A stretch of 64,000 nt of DNA from Basidiobolus meristosporus CBS 931.73 (lineage: Eukaryota > Fungi > Basidiobolomycota): positions 1-64,000 of the forward strand of contig MCFE01000280.1 in assembly GCA_002104905.1 (NCBI GenBank), written 5' to 3'. Positions 1-11,076 of this stretch are shown here, one piece after another. How positions within the stretch are numbered: position 1 is the first letter of the stretch; every line of letters starts with the position of its first letter. The notes under the pieces are model-generated. The model ran no database searches. It saw only the letters and a list, made by a program, of their open reading frames with translations, and had not been told where the DNA came from. The translations under genes were made by a program, and so were the position numbers.

Positions 1-1115
1 GCAGTACCTGTAGCAACGGTATCACTTCCAGTAGTCTCAGAGGATATATCGATTCCAGTACTTTCAGTAGGCTGGGCAATGCTAGGGGTCTCTGTTGCTG
101 TATGAGTTCCGGTAAGCGTGATGTTGGTACTCACCGTAGAGGTTGTAATGCTTTGAGTAGGATTGACTGCATCTGTTTCATCATTAGTAGCTGTTGTTTC
201 GGAATTTTGGGTGGATGAAGTGGCATCTGTACTCTCTGTTGTCGTTTCCACCACTGTACTATCATTTGAGTGCGTATGGTCTGTTGTCAATGCACTTGTT
301 ATAGTATCACTACTCTTAGTTGGCTGAGCTATACCCGTGGTGCCGGAGGTGGTAATACTAACGGTGCTTTCACTGCCGATGTCCACTTCCGAGCTTTCAC
401 TAGGCTGTCCATTTTCTGTAGTTTCTGTGGGTGTACGGCTCTCAGTACTTATTAAAGGCTGTGTGCTGTCGTTTCCCACGGAACTTGGGGTGGAATGGGC
501 GCTATCCATTGTTCCAGTGGCAGAGCTCACTTCTGTAGTGTGGTCATTATCTGTAGCTACGGTGGTGAACGCTGAAGTTAAATCGGAGGTTTGAGTATTT
601 GTGATGATTTCATTTCCCAGAGTAGACGTAGTAGAGATTGTTGGGACAGGAATCCCGTTATCAATCGAAGGTCCCCCAGTCTGAGTATTTTCCGCAGGAG
701 TAGAGGAGTATGTATGAGTACTGGTCGACGAAGCAACCGCGGCGGTAGTAGTAGCCTGATCCACAGTTGTAGTGGTTGCCTGCTCTGTTGTGGTTGAAGC
801 ATTGTCGGGATTTTCAACCAAGTTGCAAATTAACGGCCTCATCATTATGAACTCCATCATTGCAGCGGGGTTACAATTTGCTATTAAGCAATTTGTTATT
901 TCTTGATTGAGCTGCAGATTTTCGGGGTTATTCTTGTCACAAAAATAAGACTGGCTTTCTTCGTACGCTGGATCTCCTGGAGTCAAAGAGAAGCCGGGAA
1001 CGTATTTGTCCCCTACGGTGCTGATGCACGAGTTGACGCATTTCTCGCCGTTAGACGCGGCTACAGTAACACTAGCGGCAGCAAGACCAACCAAAACTTT
1101 GGCAATTGTATGCAT
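1..1115 (-). CDS. Secreted Cys-rich/Thr-rich mucin-like protein (3' end runs off the window)
   Basis: Manual translation from ATG at 1115: MHTIAKVLVGLAAASVTVAA (signal-peptide-like), then a 6-Cys domain (CVNSC...YVPGFSLTPGDPAY...YFC...CLIANC...IC), then Thr/Ser-rich low complexity. The frame is open to the window edge, which is why it is missing from the ORF track. Confidence 0.85.
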   Translation of the reverse strand, partial: MHTIAKVLVGLAAASVTVAASNGEKCVNSCISTVGDKYVPGFSLTPGDPAYEESQSYFCDKNNPENLQLNQEITNCLIANCNPAAMMEFIMMRPLICNLVENPDNASTTTEQATTTTVDQATTTAAVASSTSTHTYSSTPAENTQTGGPSIDNGIPVPTISTTSTLGNEIITNTQTSDLTSAFTTVATDNDHTTEVSSATGTMDSAHSTPSSVGNDSTQPLISTESRTPTETTENGQPSESSEVDIGSESTVSITTSGTTGIAQPTKSSDTITSALTTDHTHSNDSTVVETTTESTDATSSTQNSETTATNDETDAVNPTQSITTSTVSTNITLTGTHTATETPSIAQPTESTGIDISSETTGSDTVATGT

Positions 1116-2177
1116 TATGGGAGCCCTCATTCTCCGAACCCCCATATATAACTGTGTCCCGGCTATCCCGCTCAAGTTATTTTTCCTATTTCGTCTCTCG
1201 AAATCTCCATATAGAATGGTCGAAAACGCATTTGGAGTGATGGCCCAAACAGGAAAAGTTGAATTTATCTATTCTTCTGGCGATCGGCTTATTAACCCGG
1301 GCAGATATGTTGGTTTTCAACATGGTCACCGGAAGGAATTAGGAAATACGGGCTTCGACATCATAGAAACATAAGATATGCTCAATGGATCACTACAACA
1401 CTGGTTCTATGCATATAGTATCAGGATGTGGCAATTCAACTGTACGGTAGATGGAGATCACCAATCTAACCGGTTTAATCTAGCGCGATATGGAATCGTT
1501 CATCCATTGGCTAAGGTCAATTGGTGGCTACTGACCACTTCTATCAGGTTAATGAATTTTGATTCACATCACTGAGCGCGCTGCTAAATCATACAAGAGT
1601 GGACAAGAAAATAGAACTTTTCAGCATTGGAACACTCCCAATATCAATATAGCCATAATTGCATCATGTGGTGTATCAACGGTCAGCTACACCCAGAGCC
1701 AGTGCGTTTCCTTTCTAGTTTTATGTGATATTTCCACTACGTCACGAAGAACTTCGATTTACCGGGAGGGTGCGAAAGTAGGACAAATGGCATCAGAAAC
1801 GAGCCAAACGTTGCCTTTATACAGGAGTATTCGAAGGATGCTTGTAATACTAGGTATTTTAGTTCAAGCTAATGGTGTTTGGGGTTTGATTAAGTCGATG
1901 AGCATTGTGTGGTCGCGAAATGCTCCACCATTTGATATACAAAACCGTATCCTGTATTCTCCAAATCATTCCTAAAAAGGGAACTCGCTTGGAGAGATCC
2001 CTGGATTACTAGAAGTACAACTTAAAACCCACCTCATGCATTCCACATGGACTAATGCAACTATGATCGATCGATAATCGATCTGGTTCCGGGAAATACA
2101 TATCACTTGATAATATAGATTGAATTATTATTGAGCATTGATTATCGAGAGTCACAAAAGTAGGCGTGATTCATGAA

Positions 2178-4953
2178 TTATGCCCAATCACAGATGATTG
2201 AGTCTTGAGATGTTCTGCAGACTGTGCCCTCAGCACAATTCTCGTGTGAGCATATTGTGAATTCCCCAGTCTCTTCAGGGTTGACACACTTGTAGACTCC
2301 ATGCCTACATGTGGCCTCGGTGGATTCGGGGAGGGACTCGGTGGTGACGGTTACAGTGGAGATCGAGGTGGCAGTGATTGTAACTGTTGGACGCTTACAT
2401 GTGGTAGGCCTAAACCCTTCACACACTACACTTGTGATCTGACCAATACACTCGGTAGTGCTTATATTTTCGGTGCATCTTCCCTCATCAGCAGTGGTAC
2501 GAGTCCCAGAGATAAAAGTTTCGGTAGGCTTACAACCTACGGTGGACTTTTCGCATTCCACGGTCTGGCTGCTGTATATCGTCTTGGAGGACTCCGTCGG
2601 ATCCACACATCTGGTCGTTGTGACCTCGGTTGTCTGATCATTGGTGATCGCAGTGGTTGTGTATGTACATGTAGCGGCAGTAGTAGTTGTAGGCTTCACG
2701 ATAACTGTATCTGTCGGTTTTCAGAATCAGCAGTTATTGCGGGTTTCAAAGTACATATGGCAGCTGTTGTAGCAGCAGACTGGGAAGTGCATCCGGTAGC
2801 TTCGAGCGTGCTTGATATAGATTCTGTAGTACCAGTAGTGGTTGTTGCATCTGATGGCATCGTGGCTAAAGTGATGTCTGCAGTCTGTGTGCATTTTGAA
2901 CTCTCACTAGCTTCAGTGCTATCGGCGCGCTGTTCAGTATCTACGGTAGTACCCATTGCCTCTGATATGGTATCAGCTTTGGTAGATTCTATAGGTGTCA
3001 GAGTACCTCTGGTCTCAGTTGATGTCGAAGTGCTTATAGCGTCTGTAGTTAACGGAGATTGAGTGGTTGCGAATGTGGATACACGTGTAGTCTCTGTTGA
3101 CTCAGTTGGTGTGACGAGCCCCGTACACTGCGTCGACACCGCAGTATCTATAGTTAATGAAACTTAAGTACTTTCAGAATCGGCTATTGATCCCGATGTG
3201 GTACTAGTTGTCATTGACTCTGTGGGTGGGATAGTATCGACAGTTTCTGTTGACACTGGGATATCAGTAGTGCCTGAGGTACAAGGAGGTTGCGCAGTTC
3301 CTGAATCAATAGATGTTTCTGGTGAGGTAGTAATATTCGTAGATTCACCTGGTATACTCGTCTCCATGGCGTTCGGTGATGTGGGTGCATCAGTACTATC
3401 CGTTGTTGGCACTGGTACGGTACCCGTCTCTGTTAGTGCCAGCGATTTCTGAATCGGTAGATAACATTGGTGAGGCAATAGTTTCTGGTGACTCAGTAGA
3501 TGCGAGAGTACTTGTTCCCATTGCTGTGGGGGTGGCTGCCTCAGATGTGTTCTTAGTGTCAGTTGATAATTTGGTGGAAGTACCCATAGTGTTAGCAGTT
3601 GACGGAATTGGTGTATCTTCCGTGGACCCAGAAATAGTGGCCGTATCTGAAGTTTCGGTCGATGTTAAAGTGCAATTCAAAGCACTCGATGTAGCAGCGG
3701 TCTCCGTTAACTCGGTCGTCGTGACAGTCCCCGTAGTATCTGACCATGCCGAGGTTCTTTTAGTGACTGTTGTAGGCGATAGTTGGGTGGTTTCTGCATC
3801 GGTTGTTAGTACTGATGTGGTAGCAGCCTCTGTTGACTCTATGGGCACAACAGTTTCTGTAATTTCTTTAGATATTGTCGTAACGGTAGGGTCAGAGGTG
3901 GAAAGAGTTTGAGTGGTTTCTGAATCAGTAGATGCCACTGGAGAGGTAGTTTCCATAGACTCAGTTGGTGTGAAATACTCCGTAGCTATCGTTGATGTGG
4001 AAGAGTCCAAAGTATCTGTGGTTGGTGCCGGGGCGGTGGCCGTTTCACTTGGTTCTGTTGGTATCACAGCGTCTGTAATCACAGTTGATAACGTGGTTGG
4101 AGTATTGGTAGTGCCAGTGATTGACGGAGTTCTAGTTTCTGAATCAGTAGTTGACTCTGGTAATGTAGAATTTTCGGTAGATTCTGTGCACATTGATGTT
4201 AAAGTATCTGTTGTGTCTGTAGGTGTGAGGTACGTAGTTTTGGAACCAGTGGTTGGCACTGGTGAAGTAGTAGTAGTCTCCATGGACTCTGTTGGGGTAA
4301 TAGTGTCCGTAGTTTTATTATTGTTGGTGCTGCAGTAGTGTCTGTTGGAGGCGGAGTTGGAATAGTTTCAGAATCAGTGGACTAGACAGTTTCTGTGATT
4401 TCCGTGGACTCTGTTAAAGTGGCAGACTTCGTGGTTTCGGTTGATGTAGAAGAGTCTGAAGTGCTTATGGTCGGCACCGGGTTGATGACAGTCTCACTTG
4501 GCTCCGTAGGTGCAGCAGTGTCTGTGGGCTCAGTTGATGTAGGAGTATGGATAGTGTCGGTAGACGACTGAGTAGAAATTTCCGAATCAGTTGTGGGCTC
4601 TAGCGAGGAAGTAGTAGCCATAGAGTCAGTGAGAGTACCAGTCTCTGTTGTTTCTGTTGGCATGGGTGTGTCCGTAGTGTCCGTGGTTGGCACCGGGGTG
4701 GTAACTGTTTCATTTGACTCTGTGGGTGTGGCGCTGTCTGTGTTTTCTGCCAATGTCGAGGTTGGCGTATTACTTATGCTGGTGGCTGACTGAGTTGTAG
4801 TTTCCATGCAGATGTACTACTACCCTGCTCCAATGAAAAGCCGGGAACATATTCGTCCCCAACCTTGCTAATACACTGTTTGATGCAACCATCAGTAATC
4901 GTATAGGCGGCTACAACCCCAGCAACGGTAACTCCTTTGATTACAAAATGCAT
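2178..4953 (-). pseudogene. Disrupted paralog: signal peptide, partial Cys domain, long Thr-rich repeat stalk, C-terminal CBM19-like chitin-binding module
   Basis: ATG at 4953 gives MHFVIKGVTVAGVVAAYTITDGCIKQCISKVGDEYVPGFSL, homologous to the 1..1115 gene. In-frame stops at 4382-4384 and 3164-3166, and frameshifts near 4810, 4320, 3445 and 2710. It ends CRHGVYKCVNPEETGEFTICS...CAEGTVC...IICDWA. Confidence 0.8.
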
Positions 4954-6042
4954 TACCAGTTGACGCTGTCCTGACCAGCACTACAGTGTATTTGAATATC
5001 ACTTTCACTGCCGAGTCTAAATATCCAGCTTCGGTGACACCAACCGCAAAACGAATAGTTACGCTGATATTATTATCGGTTAGAAGCCACTACTGCTCCA
5101 TATCTTCTCTGAACAATTGAACTTCATGCGCTCTAGGCGCGAATAAAGATAGGACACCCTATCGTGTAACTGTGCCTTTAGTCTTATCAGTCATCATAAT
5201 TAAAATTGCTATTTTGCACTAGGAGTAGCGAAAGAACTCATTAGTAATTCATGTACTGAAATCATTTCCTGTCGAAATTTGTGTAGAAAGTATTTACCGC
5301 TTTGAACGACATCATACCACAAACCCATGTTGTAAAAAATCGTGTCACAAGTAGTAACGATTAGGCAGGATTCTAGTTTTTGATTACACTATAGCCGAAA
5401 ATAGAGGGATTTCCATCATAGGTATTTCTTGGCGTTGCCTATATCTGGGCGATTGTGAAGGAAAAGAAAATACTGTTAATTCAAGAATATTGAGCTATTT
5501 AATCTGGTGATTTCATAACAACTGGAACTGCCTTGTGTTTGGTATATTTGTTGAGGCCACGATGGGCATATCAACTAATGGAGGTACGGTGGCGGTTTTT
5601 GTTGGGTTCAGGCTTCTAAGAAAGAATTGGATGTTCTCGATTTTCGGAGATTTTGTGGCTGTGTCTCCCAACAAGGATAAAATAATCATCAGTGTGATCA
5701 GTGATCGCAGAGCACGCGAGATCACAGATCCATTAAACCATTGATCCATCCATGCAAAATACTACAATAGCCGAAGTATTAATATAGTAATACCAATGCG
5801 CATATTCAGCCGCTCGCACTACGTCATAGGGATTTAAGAGCTGTGTGATACAGCAAGCATTGACGCTGGACTAACTTTGCGATCTAGAGCATGGAAATTT
5901 TTAATACCAACATATAATGTCATTTTATACGCCTCACTTGTCAAGAACATCCAAATAACATCCTCAACGCTATTTTTGTTACTTGAACAATATTCCACCG
6001 CAGTTAAATTTACGTAAACTACACTAATACTTTACTTATTGT

Positions 6043-6800
6043 TTAAGGCCAATTACAGATGATTGAGTGTTGTGATGGCTTACAAACAGTACCAGGGGCA
6101 CAATTCTGTGCATGGAGTCTGCCGTTAGAACAGACAGTAAATTCACCGGTTTTTCCTGGGCTAACGCATTGATAGGCTCCATTCCTGCAAGGACTTTCGG
6201 TAGGTCTAGATGAAAATCCATGGGTAACTGTTACCGTAGCGATATAGGTCATTGCCACAATTGTTGAGGCATATTCTGTAGGTTTATAGTAGTCGCATCC
6301 AGTTTCTACTGCCGTAGCTTGTTGGGTTTTGAAGACTTGTAAGTCTCAGTACAGTCTAAAACTTTGCTAATGGTCGTTTTGAGAAACTCTGTAGGTCCAT
6401 ATGTTTGGCCAAGGCCCCCACAAGGGGTAATTGTAGACGGTTGCATCTCCCGGGTATCAATAGATCTCTTAGTATCAACAGTGCTGTGAGATGAAGAAGG
6501 CTTGGAGTCATAGAGCTATCCGTATAGCTTAGTGTATCGGTGACTTTAGGGATATATGTAGTTGCTTCGTCTATCCAAGGTTCAGTCGTAGTAACAGATC
6601 TCTTAGTATCCAATCTACTATTCGCTGTATTGCCGTAAATCCTGATCGCGGTCAAATTCATTATTTGACTCTCTTTCTTTATTGCAATATACTATGGTGC
6701 TTGCTGTGTATTTACTACTTCATGGAACCAACGAAAACTCAGGAACATACTTATTTCCCGCAGTGCTAACGCGCTCGTCCCACTGGCTATCTTCATTCAT
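6043..6800 (-). pseudogene. Third, more decayed paralog of the Cys-domain/Thr-rich/CBM19 family
   Basis: Near 6690-6780 the minus strand reads VSTAGNKYVPEFSLVP*SSKYTASTIVYCNK, a homolog of the Cys domain. 6043-6190 reads CRNGAYQCVSPGKTGEFTVCSNGRLHAQNCAPGTVCKPSQHSIICNWP, a complete CBM19-like module. Confidence 0.75.
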
Positions 6801-8137
6801 TGCTTGAATACGATATTTACGGGCTAAACTTCGAAAGCTTGTTTGATTCTACACTCTCAATTAGCAAAAGATATCGCAATGTTGCAACCGAATGGTGTTG
6901 AATGAATTCTACAAATTTCTGATGTAGTCGTTAGTGGTACAAGCATTCTGGAACCCAAAACGCGCGGATATGTATGTGTAACCGAAACCCGGCTATGTAT
7001 AGATAAGGAATCTAATCTGTTTGACTCGGCTGATTTTGGGGAATTTACCTCAAATAACCAAATATTGGATCAACACACCTTATAGATTCGGAGGCACTTG
7101 CAACCGGGTTGAAAAACCCTCATCCATTCTTTCTTGATTGCCATAACTGTATTCACACTATACTTATGAGACAACTAGTTGAACTGGCTTGGATCACTTG
7201 GAATTCGTCTCTAGAACGTGGCAATGTTCAGCCAGTCAATAAATCGGTGTTCCAGAATGCTTTAATATTAAACTGGGTATCCCGGAAATCACACCCCAGT
7301 TGATGCTGTGAGCCGGCGAGTATCGCAAAGGAACATCTCCTCATCTTTAGGAGAAGAAGGATTCAAAATACCAGCATTCAAGCAGCTAAATTATATGTTA
7401 ACATCCTGTACAATACAGGCTCTATCAACCAATTTTGAATTCACAAGCCACTGATTGTTGAACACTCGCCAGATTCTGGAATTTCCTCGGAGTTTATCCC
7501 CTTCCGCACAATTTCATAACTCGATACAGAACTAGATGAATTTACCAATATTGTCCCGCCACCCTGAGTACATATTCACATGTTGGATACATTTATTTTG
7601 TGTCGAGTAACGTGCTTAACTTGAAATTTGGAGATAATTCCAGGACTTGGGCTACAATATACGTGACACCTACTACTCCATGTACATTTGTTTATTAGTT
7701 TGAGATCCATCGGGCAATCCTTGATACATCCACAATAGAAAGCAATTGATATAGTTCCGAAATCCTGAACCCGAGCCCAGGTCCGCCAACACATAACTCT
7801 GCGGTTGATTTTCTGTAGTTCTATCACGAAAACGTGCTATCTGTCTCTGATGGTCCTTATTACCCGGCGAAATTGCAGTTCTCGTGCCAACTGGATAAGC
7901 GATACCTGATTGGCTAATCACGTTTGCACGCAACAATAGAATGTGTGTCTAGAGTTTTCAAATAGCGCAATTTATTATCATGGAGATACATACAATACGA
8001 TGATAAAAACCGTGATATCAGGTCCTATTAGCAAAAATAAGAACAGTGGATTCAAGTGTGCAAGAGGAAATTAGCCACCAATACAGTATAATTTTGGCAT
8101 AAGTTTATCATACTTCGATATTAATTTCTCATTCAAA

Positions 8138-8196
8138 ATCTGATAAGTACTGATTTCGTAGAATCAGATAAGACAGCAATGAGTAGGATCTGATAA
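8138..8196 (+). promoter_or_regulatory. Three ATCWGATAA boxes (SreA/Fep1/Urbs1-type iron-responsive GATA elements) upstream of COMT-like gene 1
   Basis: ATCTGATAA at 8138, ATCAGATAA at 8163, ATCTGATAA at 8188: an exact 25-bp period, about 290-350 bp upstream of the ATG. Confidence 0.7.
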
Positions 8197-8484
8197 AACC
8201 ATTACTGTAATTGGATGGAATGTATGACACATCTAGCTTCATTACTATTAGCCAAATTTTACTATTCCACAAGCTGCCTTCGATATATATTCTAAACTGC
8301 ATATTATGTAAAGAATACAACGCCAAGTCATTACTTCAACCAAGCACTATAGTGATTGTGTGTGTGAGCATCTTGGTAATCCGCAGTTGATTAGAAACTT
8401 GGCTGGAGTCATTCCGTAGCTTACTGGCCGCCTATATATATACCTAGACAAATAGATACTGCATAGCCAGACTACAAGAGAGTA

Positions 8485-9156
8485 ATGACTCCAACCATCT
8501 ACAAACCAGATACTAAAGGATACCTGGACTTTGTCTTGTCCAACTCCACCCCTGGTGATGCCAAGTCTGTTCTCGCCGCAATGGACCGCTATGCCGAAAC
8601 AAACGCTTTGATGCATATTGGTGACAAGAAAGGAGAGTATATAGACGGCTTGATTGGCAAAAACAATGTTAAAATTATGGTGGAGCTCGGTGGATACCTT
8701 GGGTACAGCGCCCTTCGATTCTCCAATCTCCTCCCTGCCAATGGACACTACTACTCCTTCGAGATGAATCCCGAGTTTGCCAGTGTTGCGCAAAAGGTGA
8801 TTGATCATGCTGGACTCTCATCCAAGGTCACAATCATTGTTGGTGAGTTTAAGGTTACCAGTAATGATTTCCAAAGGGTCTGTGGTGTTGAGAAGGTGGA
8901 CATGGTGTTCATTGACCATTGGATGGAGCTATATGTCCAGGATCTCAAGATCATTGAGGCGGCCCAATGGCTCCGACCTGGGTCAACTATCGTTGCTGAC
9001 AACATCCTTATTCCAGATGCTCCAGAGTACGAAGCTTACATTGAAAACGCATCTGCCAAATACTCATCACAGCTGGTTGAGATCGAATTGACTCATCCAT
9101 CAAGACCCACGGAAACACTTGTGGATGGGATATTGATTGCAGAGGTGAAGGTTTAA
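8485..9156 (+). CDS. Catechol O-methyltransferase-like (Mg2+/SAM-dependent class I OMT), intact copy 1
   Basis: 223-aa intronless ORF with LMHIGDKKG, VELGGYLGYSA (SAM motif I), FEMNPE, VFIDHW and VADNI (metal ligands D, D, N). Confidence 0.9.
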   Translation: MTPTIYKPDTKGYLDFVLSNSTPGDAKSVLAAMDRYAETNALMHIGDKKGEYIDGLIGKNNVKIMVELGGYLGYSALRFSNLLPANGHYYSFEMNPEFASVAQKVIDHAGLSSKVTIIVGEFKVTSNDFQRVCGVEKVDMVFIDHWMELYVQDLKIIEAAQWLRPGSTIVADNILIPDAPEYEAYIENASAKYSSQLVEIELTHPSRPTETLVDGILIAEVKV

Positions 9157-9252
9157 CCAAGTTCATATGTATAATTCATCAATAAATACTTGTTTATCTG
9201 GACCTCGTTGAAGAGACTAACCATCAATGAGCCTACGAAGTATTTTTCCATC

Positions 9253-9261
9253 ATCAGATAA
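9253..9261 (+). promoter_or_regulatory. Single ATCAGATAA box between COMT-like genes 1 and 2
   Basis: Exact match to the same consensus. It is isolated, so it may be chance. Confidence 0.3.
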
Positions 9262-10118
9262 TACTACATGAGTGTACAAAAACATTTACATTTACTAACC
9301 TAAACGGAAATTCCATCACAGTGAATAGATGAAACGTGCATATATGAATTTCACTGAATGAAGATGGGAGGCATCGATAGCCAATCATGGGTGGCAATAA
9401 ACATGTGGATTGCACTCAATAATCATCATTAGGCATCAGTCCCAGGAAACTATTCTTTCAGTGCTACCAAAACAATCAGATATCATGATCTTTGTTTTAC
9501 ATTCGACTCCAACCTATAGAATATGCATATGATTACACTAACCCTATGCCTCTCTTGGTTGAACGATCCAGGATAAATTGTAAGCGAATGTTCTAGAATC
9601 AACCCATTGTTCCCTCAAAAATTACCTGTCATGCTGGTTAGCGTGTATTCTTATCTCTTTTGCTGTAAAGTATACGTATGCTTAGGTTGTTCGTGTAATA
9701 TGCTCATGCGAACCCACACATCTCAAATGTTGGTTATAGAGGTAACCCTGCCCACATCTCTACGCTGAGCGGCAGCCATCAGAATAATCATATAGCCAGT
9801 TTGGTGGGCAAGGCTAGTATCTACATTGAGCAACGAGATCAGCCCCACGCCTACTATTCTCATCACGAAAGTAAGGATGATCTAATATAACAATGGGATG
9901 CAATAGATCAAACTAAAGAACTTTGGATCTGACAATATAATAGAGATGTCGGTAGTCGTCAGTGCATAATCAATAAGTAAATAGCATCAGTCGGAAAATG
10001 GAAGATGTGCCAATTGCAGGGTAGCCCCTCTTTTTTCTCTGAATATGTCAAGGTATTATGGTTTACTCAGAATACACCAAGCGCCCTTGATATTGTAGAC
10101 GCTGATTTTTCATTCAGG

Positions 10119-10152
10119 ATCTGATAAGCAATTATGAAGGAGGATCTGATAA
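10119..10152 (+). promoter_or_regulatory. Two ATCTGATAA boxes upstream of COMT-like gene 2
   Basis: Matches at 10119 and 10144, again 25 bp apart, in a promoter that is otherwise clearly diverged from the gene 1 promoter. Confidence 0.7.
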
Positions 10153-10404
10153 GATCATTACTATAAATGGGCGAAATGTCTAACAATGAACAGGTTGATC
10201 ATTAAACACTGCTTTCCCACATGCTCGCTTCAGCACATATTCTCAAGAGTATACTCCAACTGAGTGTTATAGCGACCACAAATTTCTTGGCAATCCGCAA
10301 TCGAATATAGTCTCAATTCTAGACATTCCGTAGTTTACTGCTTGTATATATAGGGGTTCGCACCTAGGTTTATGGATACTATATAGCCAGATAACAAGAG
10401 AAAA

Positions 10405-11076
10405 ATGACTGCTACCATCTACAAGCCAGATACTAAAGGATACCTGGACTTTGTCCTGTCCAACTCCACCCCTGGTGATGCCGAGTCTGTTCTCGCCGCA
10501 ATGGACCGCTATGCCGAAACAAACGCTCTGATGCATATTGGTGACAAGAAGGGAGAGTACATGGATGACTTGATTCGCAAGCACAACACTAACGTTATGG
10601 TGGAGCTCGGCGGATATCTTGGGTACAGCGCCCTCTGATTCTCCAATCTCCTCCCAGCCAATGGACACTACTACTCCTTCGAGATGAATCCCGAGTTTGC
10701 CAGTGTTGCGCAAAAGGTGATTGATCATGCCGGACTCTCATCCAAGGTCACCATCATCGTTGGCGAGTTCAAGGTTAGTAGTAATGAGTTCTTGAGCACC
10801 TACGGCGTCAAGAAGGTGGACCTTGTGTTCATTGACCATTGGATGGAGGTGTATGTTCAGGATCTCAAGATCATTGAGGAGGCTCAATGGCTCCGACCTG
10901 GGTCAATTGTTGTTGCTGACAACGTTCTATTCCCTGGTGCTCCGGAGTACCAAGCATATATTGAAAAAAATTCAGCCAAGTTCTCATCGCGTCTGATCAA
11001 GATTCAGACGCCACATCCAATGAAGCCGAAGGAGACTATTTTGGACGGCCTGTTGGTTGCTGAATTAAAAGTGTAA
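10405..11076 (+). pseudogene. COMT-like copy 2 with one nonsense mutation
   Basis: Co-linear with copy 1. The CGA (Arg) of GYSALR is TGA at 10636-10638, and the same frame then continues to the normal stop at 11076. Confidence 0.85.

Noticed and set aside
2301-4793. Long plus-strand Val/Ser-rich ORFs
   Set aside because: Antisense shadows of the Thr-rich minus-strand gene (ACN codons read as NGT/GTN).
10636-10638. Programmed readthrough or selenocysteine at the TGA in COMT copy 2
   Set aside because: The paralogs have CGA (Arg), the context is not the TGA-CTA readthrough motif, and no SECIS-like evidence was seen; simple CpG deamination suffices.
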